From NCBI GenBank assembly GCA_973895155.1, contig OZ316895.1, positions 13,565,186-13,629,185 of the forward strand: DNA of 64,000 nucleotides, in the 5' to 3' direction. The position numbers were made by a program, and so were the translations under genes. The notes beneath the pieces are model-generated. The model did no database searches. It saw only the letters and a list, made by a program, of their open reading frames with translations, and was not told the origin of the DNA. Each line of letters begins with the position of its first letter. Position 1 is the stretch's first letter. This DNA comes from Marsupella aquatica. Taxonomy: Eukaryota; Plantae; Marchantiophyta. Shown piece after piece: positions 12,451 through 28,012 of this stretch.

Positions 12451-13529
12451 GTACAGTTCTGGAATCAAGTCAGCCATGGTCAGATCCTACGGCATTCTTT
12501 TGTCCTGTCGAGCAGTAGGATAATCATGGTGATGAAGTGCAAGGATAGGTTGAGCGTTAGGAGCTATGCGGAAGCCTTTTCTCTCTCCTCTGGAAAAGTC
12601 AGAAGCAGCTGTCATTCCTCTTCATTTCGGCGTGTGGAGAGTTGATTCACGGAGTGCTAGAAAAGCCCCGATTGATGGGCGGAGGGCAGCTGCAGAGCAG
12701 CCATTGGTGAATCCCGTGAATGCCGTCCGTAAGGGGGAAAGGTAGAGGTAGTTTGGCTCTGGTGCAGGTTCTCAGGCGGAATATCAGTACGGTCACAGCA
12801 ATGTACGAGCGATCACGGGAAACAAAAGATCTTCGAAGAGATTGCTGATGAGACGTGAAAGATTCTCCTGAAGCTAGCACCATCATCATTCTTCTGACTA
12901 GCCTCCTCTCCTGAAGCTAGGACCATCATCACTCTTCTGACTAGCCCTCCCAGCGTCGTCGATGGTTGGCTGTGTGAGAATCACGCTAGAAATAAACGGG
13001 GCGTGCTCCGGATTGGAGCCCAACGAGAGTCCGATCAGGAATGAACTTTTCCTGTATTTTTTAGTAAAAGCAAAACTGCTTTAAAGTACTGTTATGAGCG
13101 CAATATGGACAACAATGGGCCACAAAATATGAGCGAAAGCCCTCGTTAGGCGATACCCTCTGATTACAAATATTGCACAGGGGCATTGTGAAAATTCTCG
13201 TCTACATTTACTAAAGAACTTAAAAAAGATAATCTGTAAAAGTGCCCAGAAATCTAGATGATCCCATTAAGAAGGAGAAGGAGCCTGATTAACCAAAACC
13301 ACATTTGGAGGCACAATCGGTTGTCTACTTACCAGGATGGCTGAGGAATGGATAATCTTCACTATTCCAGATCAATCTCAAACGAGGTAGCCCCCCGATC
13401 TATATGCGCAGACTGGCATTCCCCGGCTGAATTGCTCCTGCAACATTTTAACCTGCCTTTTAATCATTTTAACCATTTCCCAGATGGCGAACGTACGTTT
13501 GGAGGAACGCGTATGAACTTGAGAAACAC

Positions 13530-13675
13530 TACGGCGACCAAACCAGGAAACCCACCACCTGGTCGCTGGAATTCAAACACTTCATCATGCTGTTCAGGAA
13601 CGTACGGCGACCAAACCAGGAAACCCACCACCTGGTCGCTGGACTTCAAACACTTCATCATGCTGTTCAGGAACG
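13530..13675. repeat. 73-bp tandem duplication, 1 mismatch
   Basis: 13530-13602 and 13603-13675 are identical except gaattc/gacttc. Confidence 0.9.
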
Positions 13676-15204
13676 TGAGTATGAAGAACAATGCAGTGTG
13701 CACATACGACAGAAACCTACAGATCCCCTGCTACCCAACTTCCCATGGGCGTTAGAGATTACAGCTTTACATTTTGTACTCTTCCCCGACGTTTGAAGAG
13801 GGCTACACGAATCTGCTCCAAATGTAGTAAGTTAGGTCTAGCAATACCAGAGTCATTTGCGGTAAACACACACATCAGGAATATGGTCATCTCGCATTTG
13901 CTGCTGAAGACATCAAGATGACACGAACAAGGGAAACCAGTGGGCAGTCTGAACTTAAAAATTACCCACTAGGTGAAACTCGCCAAGTCAGAAAGCGTCA
14001 AAGTAAACGTATGCTATACGAGAAGAGGCTACAAAACCATAAGAGAACTTGAATAAGCGTGGAACATCTTATTGCAGTGGGGACGTTATACTGAGTAAGG
14101 AGAGCACTTCCAATTCATACGAAGTCCTCACAATGGGGTCGAACAAGAAACATTTCACGGCCTGACTATGCATTAGTGCTCTCTGATTCACATTGTTCGT
14201 CTACGGTGATTTTGATTTGGGATCGATCGTTTCAAAGGGAGTCCACAAACACGCAGATAGGAAAGTCCAAAAAGATAAGCAGCAAATACAGAGCGAACGG
14301 ATACTGCTCCAATCATCCTGAAACATAAGCGACCCTCAAGTCTCGTCATGACGCACGATGGAAAAGACTGCTCTTTTGCAGTTTGCATTATTTCAACAAA
14401 AATCTGGAAGTTTTCATTAGTAAGGTTGCTTCACTGCTTCACCTCACATGAAATTTAACATTTAAGGTTACAGTTGCAAGTAATGGCATCAGATTTTACA
14501 AATAGTCAAGACTGCAGAAGACGAGACCAGGTTGGACGAAGGAGCTAGGCTACACAAAACAAGGAACTTCCTCGGGCAAACCCTAGCCTGCAAGTGGAAT
14601 TAAAAAACATACAACTTGAGAGCAGTGGGAGTGCCCACATACGCGACAAAGAAACAAATTTGGACCTCTAATTTAAATTAAGATTTGTAGTAGGTTGCAT
14701 CCAACAGTACACTACCATTGAGAAAACCGACGCACCTGCAGCCTTACCCTCATGCCCGGTTACACCGTAGGCAAGAAAATTATGAATATGGCTGGCCAAG
14801 AGGACAAACCCTTTCCAGGACCCACATGCTAACTGGAAGACTTTCCAGAAGCGTACCAATTTGTTATGTAGCAGCCGTAAAAGCATATACAGCCCCCTCT
14901 CCAGCAGTCAAGAAGCAACCTTCTGTGCAACCGGTGTCAAGATTGGGAGCATTTGTGCGTAAGTGCGAATGCTTGCACTTGAAGAATCCTAGGACCCAAT
15001 AATTGGCACCCAATTCCCAAGCTTTCATAAGATGCTGAATACATAAGCTCAGGGAACACTCGATTGGAGGTATACATTGACTAAATACCCCCCTGAAACC
15101 ATCCCAACTTGCCGTAGTAGCTGAGTTATCTTCCCACAATTCCAGTGGGAGGAATTGAAGGACACCTTTAGCAACAGTTCTCGGAGATTTAGTGTTCCAA
15201 CTTT

Positions 15205-18650
<3,446 letters not shown>

Positions 18651-21128
18651 AAGCTGCTCTGACGTCCGGAATGTTCCTTCACGTGAGGAGACTCCGATAA
18701 TGTCCACCAATCCTTCTCGTTCTAACTTAACTCTTTTCGTGCCGGTGTCCCCCGTCTGCGATACCAGCCATTACTTAGAAATGCCAGAGAAACCGTCCCG
18801 TCATAGACTATCCAACTACAGTGCTTGAAAGCGTACCAACACAACTTCCAGTTTAAAGAGTAAACAACAGCTCAGAAACAAGCATTCTTCGAAGCTCCAC
18901 GAAAGAGCTACAAAAAGATTGGTGAGGGAAAAGATGACAAACATATTGTTTTCCTGGATTAAGTACAACCGAAGGTCAGTGTACTAGTCAGCGATGCTAA
19001 CCTACATTTAAGCTTCAATTACGAGGCGGGAGATACAGAGACCTCCGCAAAGTACACACTGAACGTTATATCTCCGGCGCCAAACTCTAGACTACAGAAG
19101 GGAGGACAATTTTTTTGTGAAAAGGAGATGACGACAAAAAACCATAGCAATGAGGTCATTCACAATCCCAAATACACTGAAAGGTCACGGTCCAAACTCA
19201 TGACAAAACAGACTCACAAGAAGTTCTGCGATCAGGTAATAGGCCGTATCAGCATCACTGTCCACAATCCCAGAACGGGTTATGTAAACATATCAAACAG
19301 TCGACCAACGTACGCAAGGACTTCGGCATTGGGGCAGAGAAGTTTCCTATTTATGTCTCCCTTCAGCAAATTCGCAGACGTCGATTAACTACTTAGCTCG
19401 AGAACGGAAACCGCCAGAAAGACAGGCGTGAGGAAAGGAACACAGGCTTCGAGCAATTGTACGAGGATTAGCGCTTAAGACAGCCACATTTACCGACTCC
19501 AAAGCGACCACATTGACGTTCCGAGGAACGCGCTTCAGACGGTTTCATGAGTGCTGCAAAATGCTAATGCCGTGTGATGCATAATTTCACAGACGATCCG
19601 CGCATCCTAACCCGCCCACCCCTTGCAGAATAGACGCCCCTAGAGAAACCAAAGAGCCCTCGGCGACAGCATACCACCCACTTGCAGATACTTTACCATC
19701 AATAAGCTCAGGACGGGGATGACCTAACTGACGAGGAAGCAAATTTGCCTGATGATTAGGCCCTTACCAGGGGCCTGCCTCAAGAACGCAATCAAAATCA
19801 GACGACAATATGACAGCATATGGACGCGGACGGCTCAGCTGGCTCCCGGAAACAAAGGATGGACAGAGAGCACAACTCGCACCTCACCAGAGCCAAGCCA
19901 AGGGTTACTACTTAAGTAAAGTAACGTCTAAACAAGAGAGCTAACGCCGTCAATTCCACCACTTTCCCTGCAGAGCTGACCAGACTAAAACGTGATTATG
20001 TGACTAGACTAAGGGCTCCTCCTACTGAAGCACTCAAAATAGATAATCTGCACCAGCCATCCTTCACTCGTGATTGTCCTACGAGTGAAGGACAATCACG
20101 CGACGGGGAGAAAAGTTACTGCATGCTCCGCGAACTCGAGGTGCAGCTTTGTCACTGCTTAATCGCTGTGATCAATCGCGGAGGGTTCAATAAATTCGAT
20201 CACGAAGACCGCCCCGTTAACTTCGCAATGATCAGCCCCGATCACGGAAATGTAACAAAGCGAAGCACCGCTACCAAGAAACAGACAGCTGTTCTCGCTC
20301 AAGGAATAGTCTCCCTGAACAAGTTCCACGAGTTCCACTTCCAAGGCAGCGGTTTCCATCGCCTGGTATCATACGACGTTGAACGAGCAGAAGTAGATCG
20401 AACAACAAACTCGTGAGCTAACCAGTAATACTCATCACCCGAGCCGGCCTCTACCCACGCCCGGGAAATGCGTGATTTTAATGCCTCTAAAGGAAGACGA
20501 CCAACACATCTCACGAGTAGGTCTAAACGACAGGACAAGATGAACAGACTATGGGGATATAACTTTAGGAGAGGAATCGAGATCTCTGACAAAACACCAG
20601 TCTCATCTGAGCATGCGTCACAGTCTTGTTGCATTGTTAAATACACTAGGCCTTTGAAGTCACCTAACGCATCTACGAGGACTCGAGCATGTATGTCTCA
20701 CGAACTCAGAGCACAAATCTAAAGTACTAGGAAGACAGCCTACTAACAGAACATGAACCATCTACAAATCTCAGCGAACGTAATACCATGCTCTTATGTA
20801 AACGAGCACCAGACCGATGAAGAACAATAAACTCAGGCGAATAGCAAAAAGGAGACGATGGAACTACGTCAGAAGCTCAACTCTCTCAAAGAGTTTGAAT
20901 CTCGACATAGGGATGTACGAGAAATACTGTTTAAAAGCAAATAGGAGAGGAAGCAAGTACCCATCCAGGAACATGACACTTTGAGAAGAGCGAGTGGGAG
21001 ATCGTACACCATGGAAAGATACCAATGCTGTCTGGCTTTACCAACGCTTCTACATATAACGTGCATTGCAGGCGAACATGAGGACGCCAGAAAGAAAGAG
21101 AGAAAGGCAGAAGTGCGAGCGAGCATAC

Positions 21129-21188
21129 ATTTTCAGAGACAGACGTGCGGCCCGACGCAAAGCTCTTCAAGCGGCGCATGACATGCAT
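21129..21188 (-). CDS. GSK3: Upstream first coding exon of a long GSK3 form (MHVMRRLKSFASGRTSVSEN)
   Basis: 60 nt followed by a GTATGC donor. Phase 0 joins the acceptor tatcgcag| at 18755, giving TGDTGTKRVKLERE...EQL in frame with MAS at 18650. Resembles the plant clade III GSK3 N-terminus (recalled as MNVMRRLKSIASGRTS...KRAKLD). Confidence 0.8.
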
Positions 21189-24100
21189 GGCATCCAATCC
21201 CGGCTCCCCTCCTTCCCATCCGCAGCGTTTCTCCCTTCTTGTTTGTTTGTCAACAACCAATAACGTCCCATGCTCTAGTCTCTCATTCACTGTCACCGCC
21301 CCGCAACCCCCATTCGCCCGCCTCTGCACATGCCAGCTTCGAACATAACCCTTGGTGCCATCCTGAATACCCAAGGCACCACGTGCATAGGAATACCTAT
21401 CGTAGCAGACACGACGACGCAACCTCCCAGATTTGAAGTGATTTCCAAAGGTGGCTCATACAAATGTACCCTCTTTGGGACAACTTCAGATCCCTAACTG
21501 ACCTATCTACTTTGTGTCTATCCCACCAGAGTCCACAAAGTTTTCCCGTACAGGAGCAAACACGACGACGAAATCCGACGATGAAGAAATCCGCGAACCC
21601 GAATGTCTTCAGCTTGGTGTTGACCAGGCCTTGTTGCTCTTGCTCTTCTTCTTTGCCGGTGTTGCTCCGGGTCTCATGTGACTCCTACCACGACCCCTCA
21701 ACAGTGTAATGGAAACCAGGTTCTCTTCTCTCCTCTCCGACTCTGTTGATTCTGAAGGAACGAAAACTTCCCCGATCAACTTCGATCAGTTCTCACTTTC
21801 TCTTCCAGGCTCATCGACCTGCTTCGTCCCTTCAGCAGCACCTACCACCACGTAATATTATATTCCGATGCTGTTTCTTCGAGACTCCCAGCGCAAGCCG
21901 AGCCGAGTTCCAACAACGCCACGGGGATGATATGAAATGAATAGATCTCCCTTCTTCCGAGAGAACGAGCGCGGAACAGCCACAAACCCTACGGTAGTAC
22001 GGTGTCGCCAACGAGAGTGTCGCTCGTTTTTCTCAATCAACTCAAAGCGAAGAAGTAAGTCCCGTCGCACAAGCCCTCGCGCACGGCACCGTCGTCTCAC
22101 TCGGCCACCCTTTCCTTTTCCCGCACCTTCCTTTGGCTTCTCGCAACCAGCCACGCAGGGCCAGACTCCGCACTTTCTCTCTCTCGTCCGCTTTCCCTCC
22201 GGGCCCTCCTTTCTCGTCTCGTGCCCGTCTCGTCCCCCTATTAGGCGCGCGAGAGCACGATCCTACGACAATTTCCTCGTTCCCCAGATTGTTCGTCTCG
22301 ACTCTCCCCACAACAACAAAACCAGCCAGCGCTTACAACGACACCCAGCCAGCCACCCAGCCAGCCACCCAGCCACCCCTCCCTCCCCTCCGCGTCTCCT
22401 CGCCCGAGGGGCACAAGACTCTCGAGCCCGCAGATCAATCCTCTCCCTCCCTTGGCTGTGGGTTGGGTGTCTGCTCTCGACTGCACACTACTCCACCCGC
22501 TGGCTCCTCTGTCCCCACACAAAACGCAACGTCCCTCGGACAGGAACGAGCGAAGTCCAGCCCGGTCCACGGTCGTCGACTCCAGTCGCTGGGGGCCCAG
22601 CCGAAAGGCCGGGGAGCAGGGAACCCAAAGGAGAGGAGCAGGGACGCAGGGTCGCAGGCTACCTCTTGGCCACTGCAGGCGGGTCAGGTCGTGGCAGACA
22701 GGGCTGCAGGATGGTTGCTGTCTCGCTGACAAGCACCTCTGTCTACCTCACTCCCATCCCGATCCTACATCGAGCCGACGTGGCCAGATCGCCGAACCGG
22801 CCCAGCCTCGCCGGCTCACTCCCTTCCTTGCATCTTGTCATCTTGTGAGACAGTGAGAGGGTGCACCGCTTCCGATGATGACCACTGTAGTACGAACTGA
22901 GGTTCCCCTCCACGGCTCCACCACTTCCACACGTAGCGGCCCCCCCAATGTTCTGGTGCCCACCCACGACATTATCGCGCTACACCGAACAGTGTAATAA
23001 GCCACGGGCTTCATCTGAGCCGCCGATCTAAACTCTGAACCGTTCCGATGCATTCCCAGAAATAGTGGGAGCTAATTATGTCGGAGAAAGGCGTTGATTG
23101 TATAGCAAGTGCCTCGATTTTAGCGGGCGCCGCCATCCTCCTTCCCCGCTAAGTCCATGGGGCTGGGAGCCTTTACCGCATATGGGCTCCTCTGAAGTCT
23201 GAACTCTTTTACCGAAGGAGCCCCCGACCGTACCGTTTCGTGCAGGACTTTTGGCTCTTGTAGTAAAAGAACCTTTTCCCAAGGTAGATTTTACTCAAGG
23301 AAGGCGTTTAATATAAAAACGCAAAGAAATGAGAGAACCGGCGCACCCAGGGGGTGTTCCACGTGTCGGGATTCGTCTGGCAGAGAAACAGTGCACGGCA
23401 CGAAAGTTTCCTGGCAGGAAAGTAGAAACCAGGCAGCAGCGAGTTACCAGGATTGAAATCGAACGGTTCGATTGCTGTCATCCCAAACGGCGCGTTCGCG
23501 ACAGCGACCTTCGCGCGTGCCTCCCTGCCTTGTAGCCTTTGCTTTCCTACCAGCCTGCCAAGGGCGAGCGGGGAACGCACGGTTTTCGGGACCCCGCGCG
23601 GTTTCATCGTGGTTCTTGCTTTCCCTCGCTCCATTCACACCCGTCCCGTTCCTGTCCCTTTCCAGTCTCATCGGTCGGGAGGGGCAGGCAGCCAGGCAGA
23701 CAGACAGAAGACAGTCAGAGGTCGGGACGGGAAACGAGTCATGGGTGATCATGGCGGCGGGCATCCCGCCGCAGCTAAACCCTCATTTGACTCGATAATC
23801 ATCGCATTTGACTTCGGCCTGCGACCGTCTCATGTAAAAATTAAGCATCCACGCGCTTTATCATGTAATCTACTTGACTTACATTACTTACATGCTTAGT
23901 TGCTTACCAAGGTCGACTGTCAGAAGTACGGAAGAAGGTAAGGTAAGACAACGATCGCAGTACTGTAGAACTGTCACCTCACATGTCTTACGATTAGACC
24001 AATCCTGTTTATGTCGGGTCGAAACCTTTTGGAGCCGCTTTGCGATGTTTCCCCTGTCATCTAGCATCAACAACGCCACTGTCTAAGGAAATTTCCCATG

Positions 24101-25655
24101 ACGAGCTTTGTGGTCCGCAAAAGACGTTTTGATCAAATAAGTGAATCCAGGCCGTCAATCTTTGAAACGGACGGCTTTACGCATAGATCTGCAGTTAATT
24201 CCATTTCCACGATTGATGAATGGCTTGAGACAAGAGCAAGATGGGTTCTATCATTTTCGCACGATGCAGCCGGAAAGCTTAAAATTCTGACGAAATCTCT
24301 GTCCCGTCGCCAGATCAATCGACGACCTGGATCCGAAGAGGGCTGATAATGTAAACTAAAATCTATCCGAATTGTTATTTTCTTAGGACCACATGTGGGA
24401 TACGCTCAGACGGCTAGCTTAACCTGGGCTCTAATTTACTGCAGTGGACCGTACTGCATTCTCCATTTCAATCTTCTTCTCTCTTAAACTTGTCGTCCGA
24501 AGTTGTAGTTTCACTGTTTAGGATTGAGTCTTTTTTATTCAGCCCTGGCAAGTGGGTGACAAAAAAATTATACCGCTCAACGAATTGTAAACTTCCATTG
24601 AAACCCCCCTTTTGCAAGGACCGGGTGTAAGGGGGAGAGCAATCTATAGAAAGCTTCTTTTAGCGTTCTACCTTCTGTAATTTATTGTCGGTAAACTGGC
24701 GCTGGCCTTGTGCCTTTGGCATTCTAAAGGGATCCTAGGGCTGTTTGGACAACTTTCTTTGATTGATTTATAGGTAATCTTGGCCGTTGTCTCTTCTCCA
24801 CAGCACTAGTATTCTCAACAAAACATGGTGATACAGATGAGGGTGGGGCCCACTGTCAGATCCCTAGGTGGTGATACTTTTGCTTGATTGTGCCCCCAAG
24901 TTCATGTAAAGTGAAGTGTGACCAGTTTCCATGTTGGAATGCCCAAGATTGCATCTCACATACTAAAAAAGAAAATTGTTGCCCCCAAGTTCTTGGAATT
25001 GTGGATCCCTTTCTTTGCTGATGTGTTCTAGCTTGTAATAGCTTGAGGGACAGCTTGTGAGTGATCATTATAAACACTCAATACAATAGGCATTTAATTT
25101 GGGTAAGCCATTCATAAGTATCACTCAGTCTTTGTTTGGGAGGGAAGGGAGCGAAGGGAAGGGACCCACAATTCTCTACCCAACACAACTATCCACACAG
25201 TCTCAAAGTGGGTGGAAACACTCCATTTATTCCTCATGGCTTTGAACAGCAACAATAGATGACATAGATTTTGGGTCTAATCCTCATGCCATTTTGCACA
25301 AAATACCGCTTTTAGCAAGATTGGCTTACCATGACTGAGATTTAACAATACATTGAACAAGAGCATGAATGCAGGGCATCAACACAGCAGTGGGGAGTTT
25401 CTTGATTGAAGATGACAAATGAAGGCAAGCAAAGCAGCAGCCAGGAGGGTGAAGCAGGTCAAAACATCACAGCTGGGCTAGCCAAACCCCCACCACAAGA
25501 GAAAGAGCATGCTTCACTGCCTCAACGTGAGCCTCAACGTCTCAGCCTCACAGACACAAGTAGTCAACATGGATTGATCTCTATACTCAATGCAATAAAA
25601 GTTGGCAATGGGCAATAAGCAAGTACTTACAACAGGTCACCAAGCGACATCCTAG

Positions 25656-26022
25656 TGTTAGGTGTTTACTCTTAGGTCTAGGGATACGACATGTAACCAT
25701 AGTTAGGCTAACCGTAGTCGGAGACATGACTAGGTTAACTAAGTTGCACACAATATCCTAAGCGGTCCTTGCTTGGATAAGTGGAACTAAGGCTCATTGT
25801 TACGAAGCCATTTGAGAGATAAGAATAAATTACACTATGGAGACTTGGTATGACTGACGTGCTTAGAGTTCATGAAAACTCTCTTGTGTGTTCCCATGGA
25901 CGTAACCTTGAGGAGGTGAACCACATATCTCTTGTGTCGATCACTTGTGCGTTGGATGTGTCATGGGCTTACCATTGGATGTTTCTTGGGCTTACTGTTG
26001 TGAATGTAGTCTATGCTCAACA
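25656..26022 (+). mobile_element. Solo LTR related to the 4635-4978 LTR
   Basis: TGTTAG...CTATGCTCAACA ends; shares ggaact.aggctcattgttacg and ctcttgtgtgttccc.tggac blocks with 4635-4978; TSD CCTAG/CCTAA (1 mismatch). Confidence 0.85.
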
Positions 26023-27304
26023 CCTAAGCTATTCAACCTACAAGCACTATTGAACCTAGCATGCAAGAAGACCATTGTCCACTTATCCAACTAGTAAAAG
26101 ATGTACCCAATTATAATTACAGTAACTTTCCCCTCTTGCCTATCATCAGTCAAAATCCTAGGCACAGCAAACCGTTATCTAGCAGAGACTTTAAAGTAAA
26201 CAGGAACCAGGTTGCATCAAACTCTCTCTTTCAGCAGCAATCACTTCTCTGGCCATAAGTAGTATTGTGTGCCTATTCCCGAGAGGTGTGGCAGCACCGC
26301 CAGTGGTCAGATGATCCAGGGTTTTAGCCAGCATGGAGTGTATGTTAAGGGCACCATCTTTGATCTGGGTCCAAGTTCTTCTCATTCCTGGCCAACCATA
26401 AATTCCTAATGAAATTGATGTCTAAAACTGACCTGGTCTCCCCTGAGAATGAAGTATAACAGTCAACTTGAAACTGGGGTCAATACTTCTCCCATCCAGC
26501 CAACTCAACCAAGATTTACAAGAGGGCTATGAAATATGTTTCATGGGCACCACTTGCTTTCTTTAGCACTTCATAAACTTCATCGAGTAGAAAGATAAAC
26601 CAAACTAAGGACTTCAATGATGGAGGGGAGGGCTGTCATATTGCAACTGACCTGCAACTGATACAGGACATACAAGAACGGTTGATAGACTAACACTTAA
26701 GACTAATCCAAACAGATGTACAAAGTACAAGCAGATTGCTCGATTCAGATTCAAGACATAGAAGGACCAAAAACTAGCAAATCTTGAAGTAGTAGCGTAG
26801 AAAGTCTACACACACACATAAGAAAAGTCTTGGAGATAGGTTGAGAGGTAGAAACATCACATACTACAGATGATTGGTATACTCCTATCTATAGAGACAG
26901 GTTTGGGACTATGACTTCGTACGCCAGCCTCCACTTAGACCTATCCTCTTCTCCCCCGCTTCTTCTCCTTGAGTGGGGTTGAGTCTTGTCTTTTACTTTG
27001 TTTTGACTGGTTCCTTCAATAGCAGGTGAATTTTTTTTTACATCTTTGGTGCAATAGGTGTTATCAGAGTGAACTGTTATGTTTTAATGCTTTGCATGTT
27101 AACCAAAAACTTGATTAATGGCGTAATTCTTGTGGTGAAAAAGATTATGGTCAAATGCGATGACCAAAAACTATTGACCGTCCATATGGAGATTTGAGAC
27201 GTCCTTATGCCTTTATGGAACTACTTTATTCTTACTTTTTGTAATATTCCCTTTCGGGTGCCCAAGGGTTATTCCCTTCCATAAAAGATATTGTAGGGGA
27301 ATAG

Positions 27305-27620
27305 ACTGTAGCCAAAGTTCATAACAATCTGCACAAGCGAAACATGGCAGAACAGCTGGAGCCTGAAAGGCCCCTCAACACACACTTGTAGCAATGTAAA
27401 TGGAAAAGGATCTGTAGCAAAGTTCAAAATAACCTGCACAAGCGAAACATGGCAGAACAACTGGAGCCTGAAAGGCCCTTAACACACACTTGTAGCAGTG
27501 TAAATAGAAAAAGCGCCTGAAGCAAAGTTACCAAAAAAACAAGCTGCACAAGGGAGACATGGCAGAACAGCTGGAGCCCGAAACACCCCTAAACACACAC
27601 TTTTAGCAGTGTAACTAGAG
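27305..27620. repeat. Tandem repeat, about 103-111 bp, 3 copies
   Basis: ctgcacaagcgaaacatggcagaacagctggagcctgaaaggccc..aacacacacttgtagca recurs at about 27330, 27433 and 27544. Confidence 0.85.
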
Positions 27621-27697
27621 AAGGGCCAGGCTGCTTTTGGAGAAACGTATCCGGCTACGGTACCGGTACAGAACAAGGCGGCTGGCCGGCTAAACAT

Positions 27698-28012
27698 TAG
27701 GGCGTCTCAAACTTAAGCATTTGGAATTCCGAATGGCACCCGGGATTTCACAGTCGCGGGCCGCCCGGATCAGGTGGTCGGCCCACCGATTTGGTGACCG
27801 TAAAGTTTTTCCCGGGTTTTTTTGATTACAATTTTTCTTTGGAAAAACCCAGGTCTAACCCGTGCCGGGACTCCTTTGAGGTGCGAGGTAAAGTTCAGAC
27901 CCCCAGTTTTTTGGGACCCGATTTTGGGTACCGGTGTTCAATATCGGGCGGCGATTAGAGACATCCGGGTGACCGGAAGGAGTCCTAGAACGCGTAGGGT
28001 TGAGACACCCTA
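27698..28012. mobile_element. MITE-like segment with 13-bp TIRs
   Basis: TAGGGCGTCTCAA ... TTGAGACACCCTA (1 mismatch), with a GC/CCGG-rich interior. No TSD found. Confidence 0.5.

Noticed and set aside
21937-23899. Many overlapping long ORFs on both strands
   Set aside because: GC-rich, low-complexity promoter/5' UTR region of GSK3; no recognisable domains.
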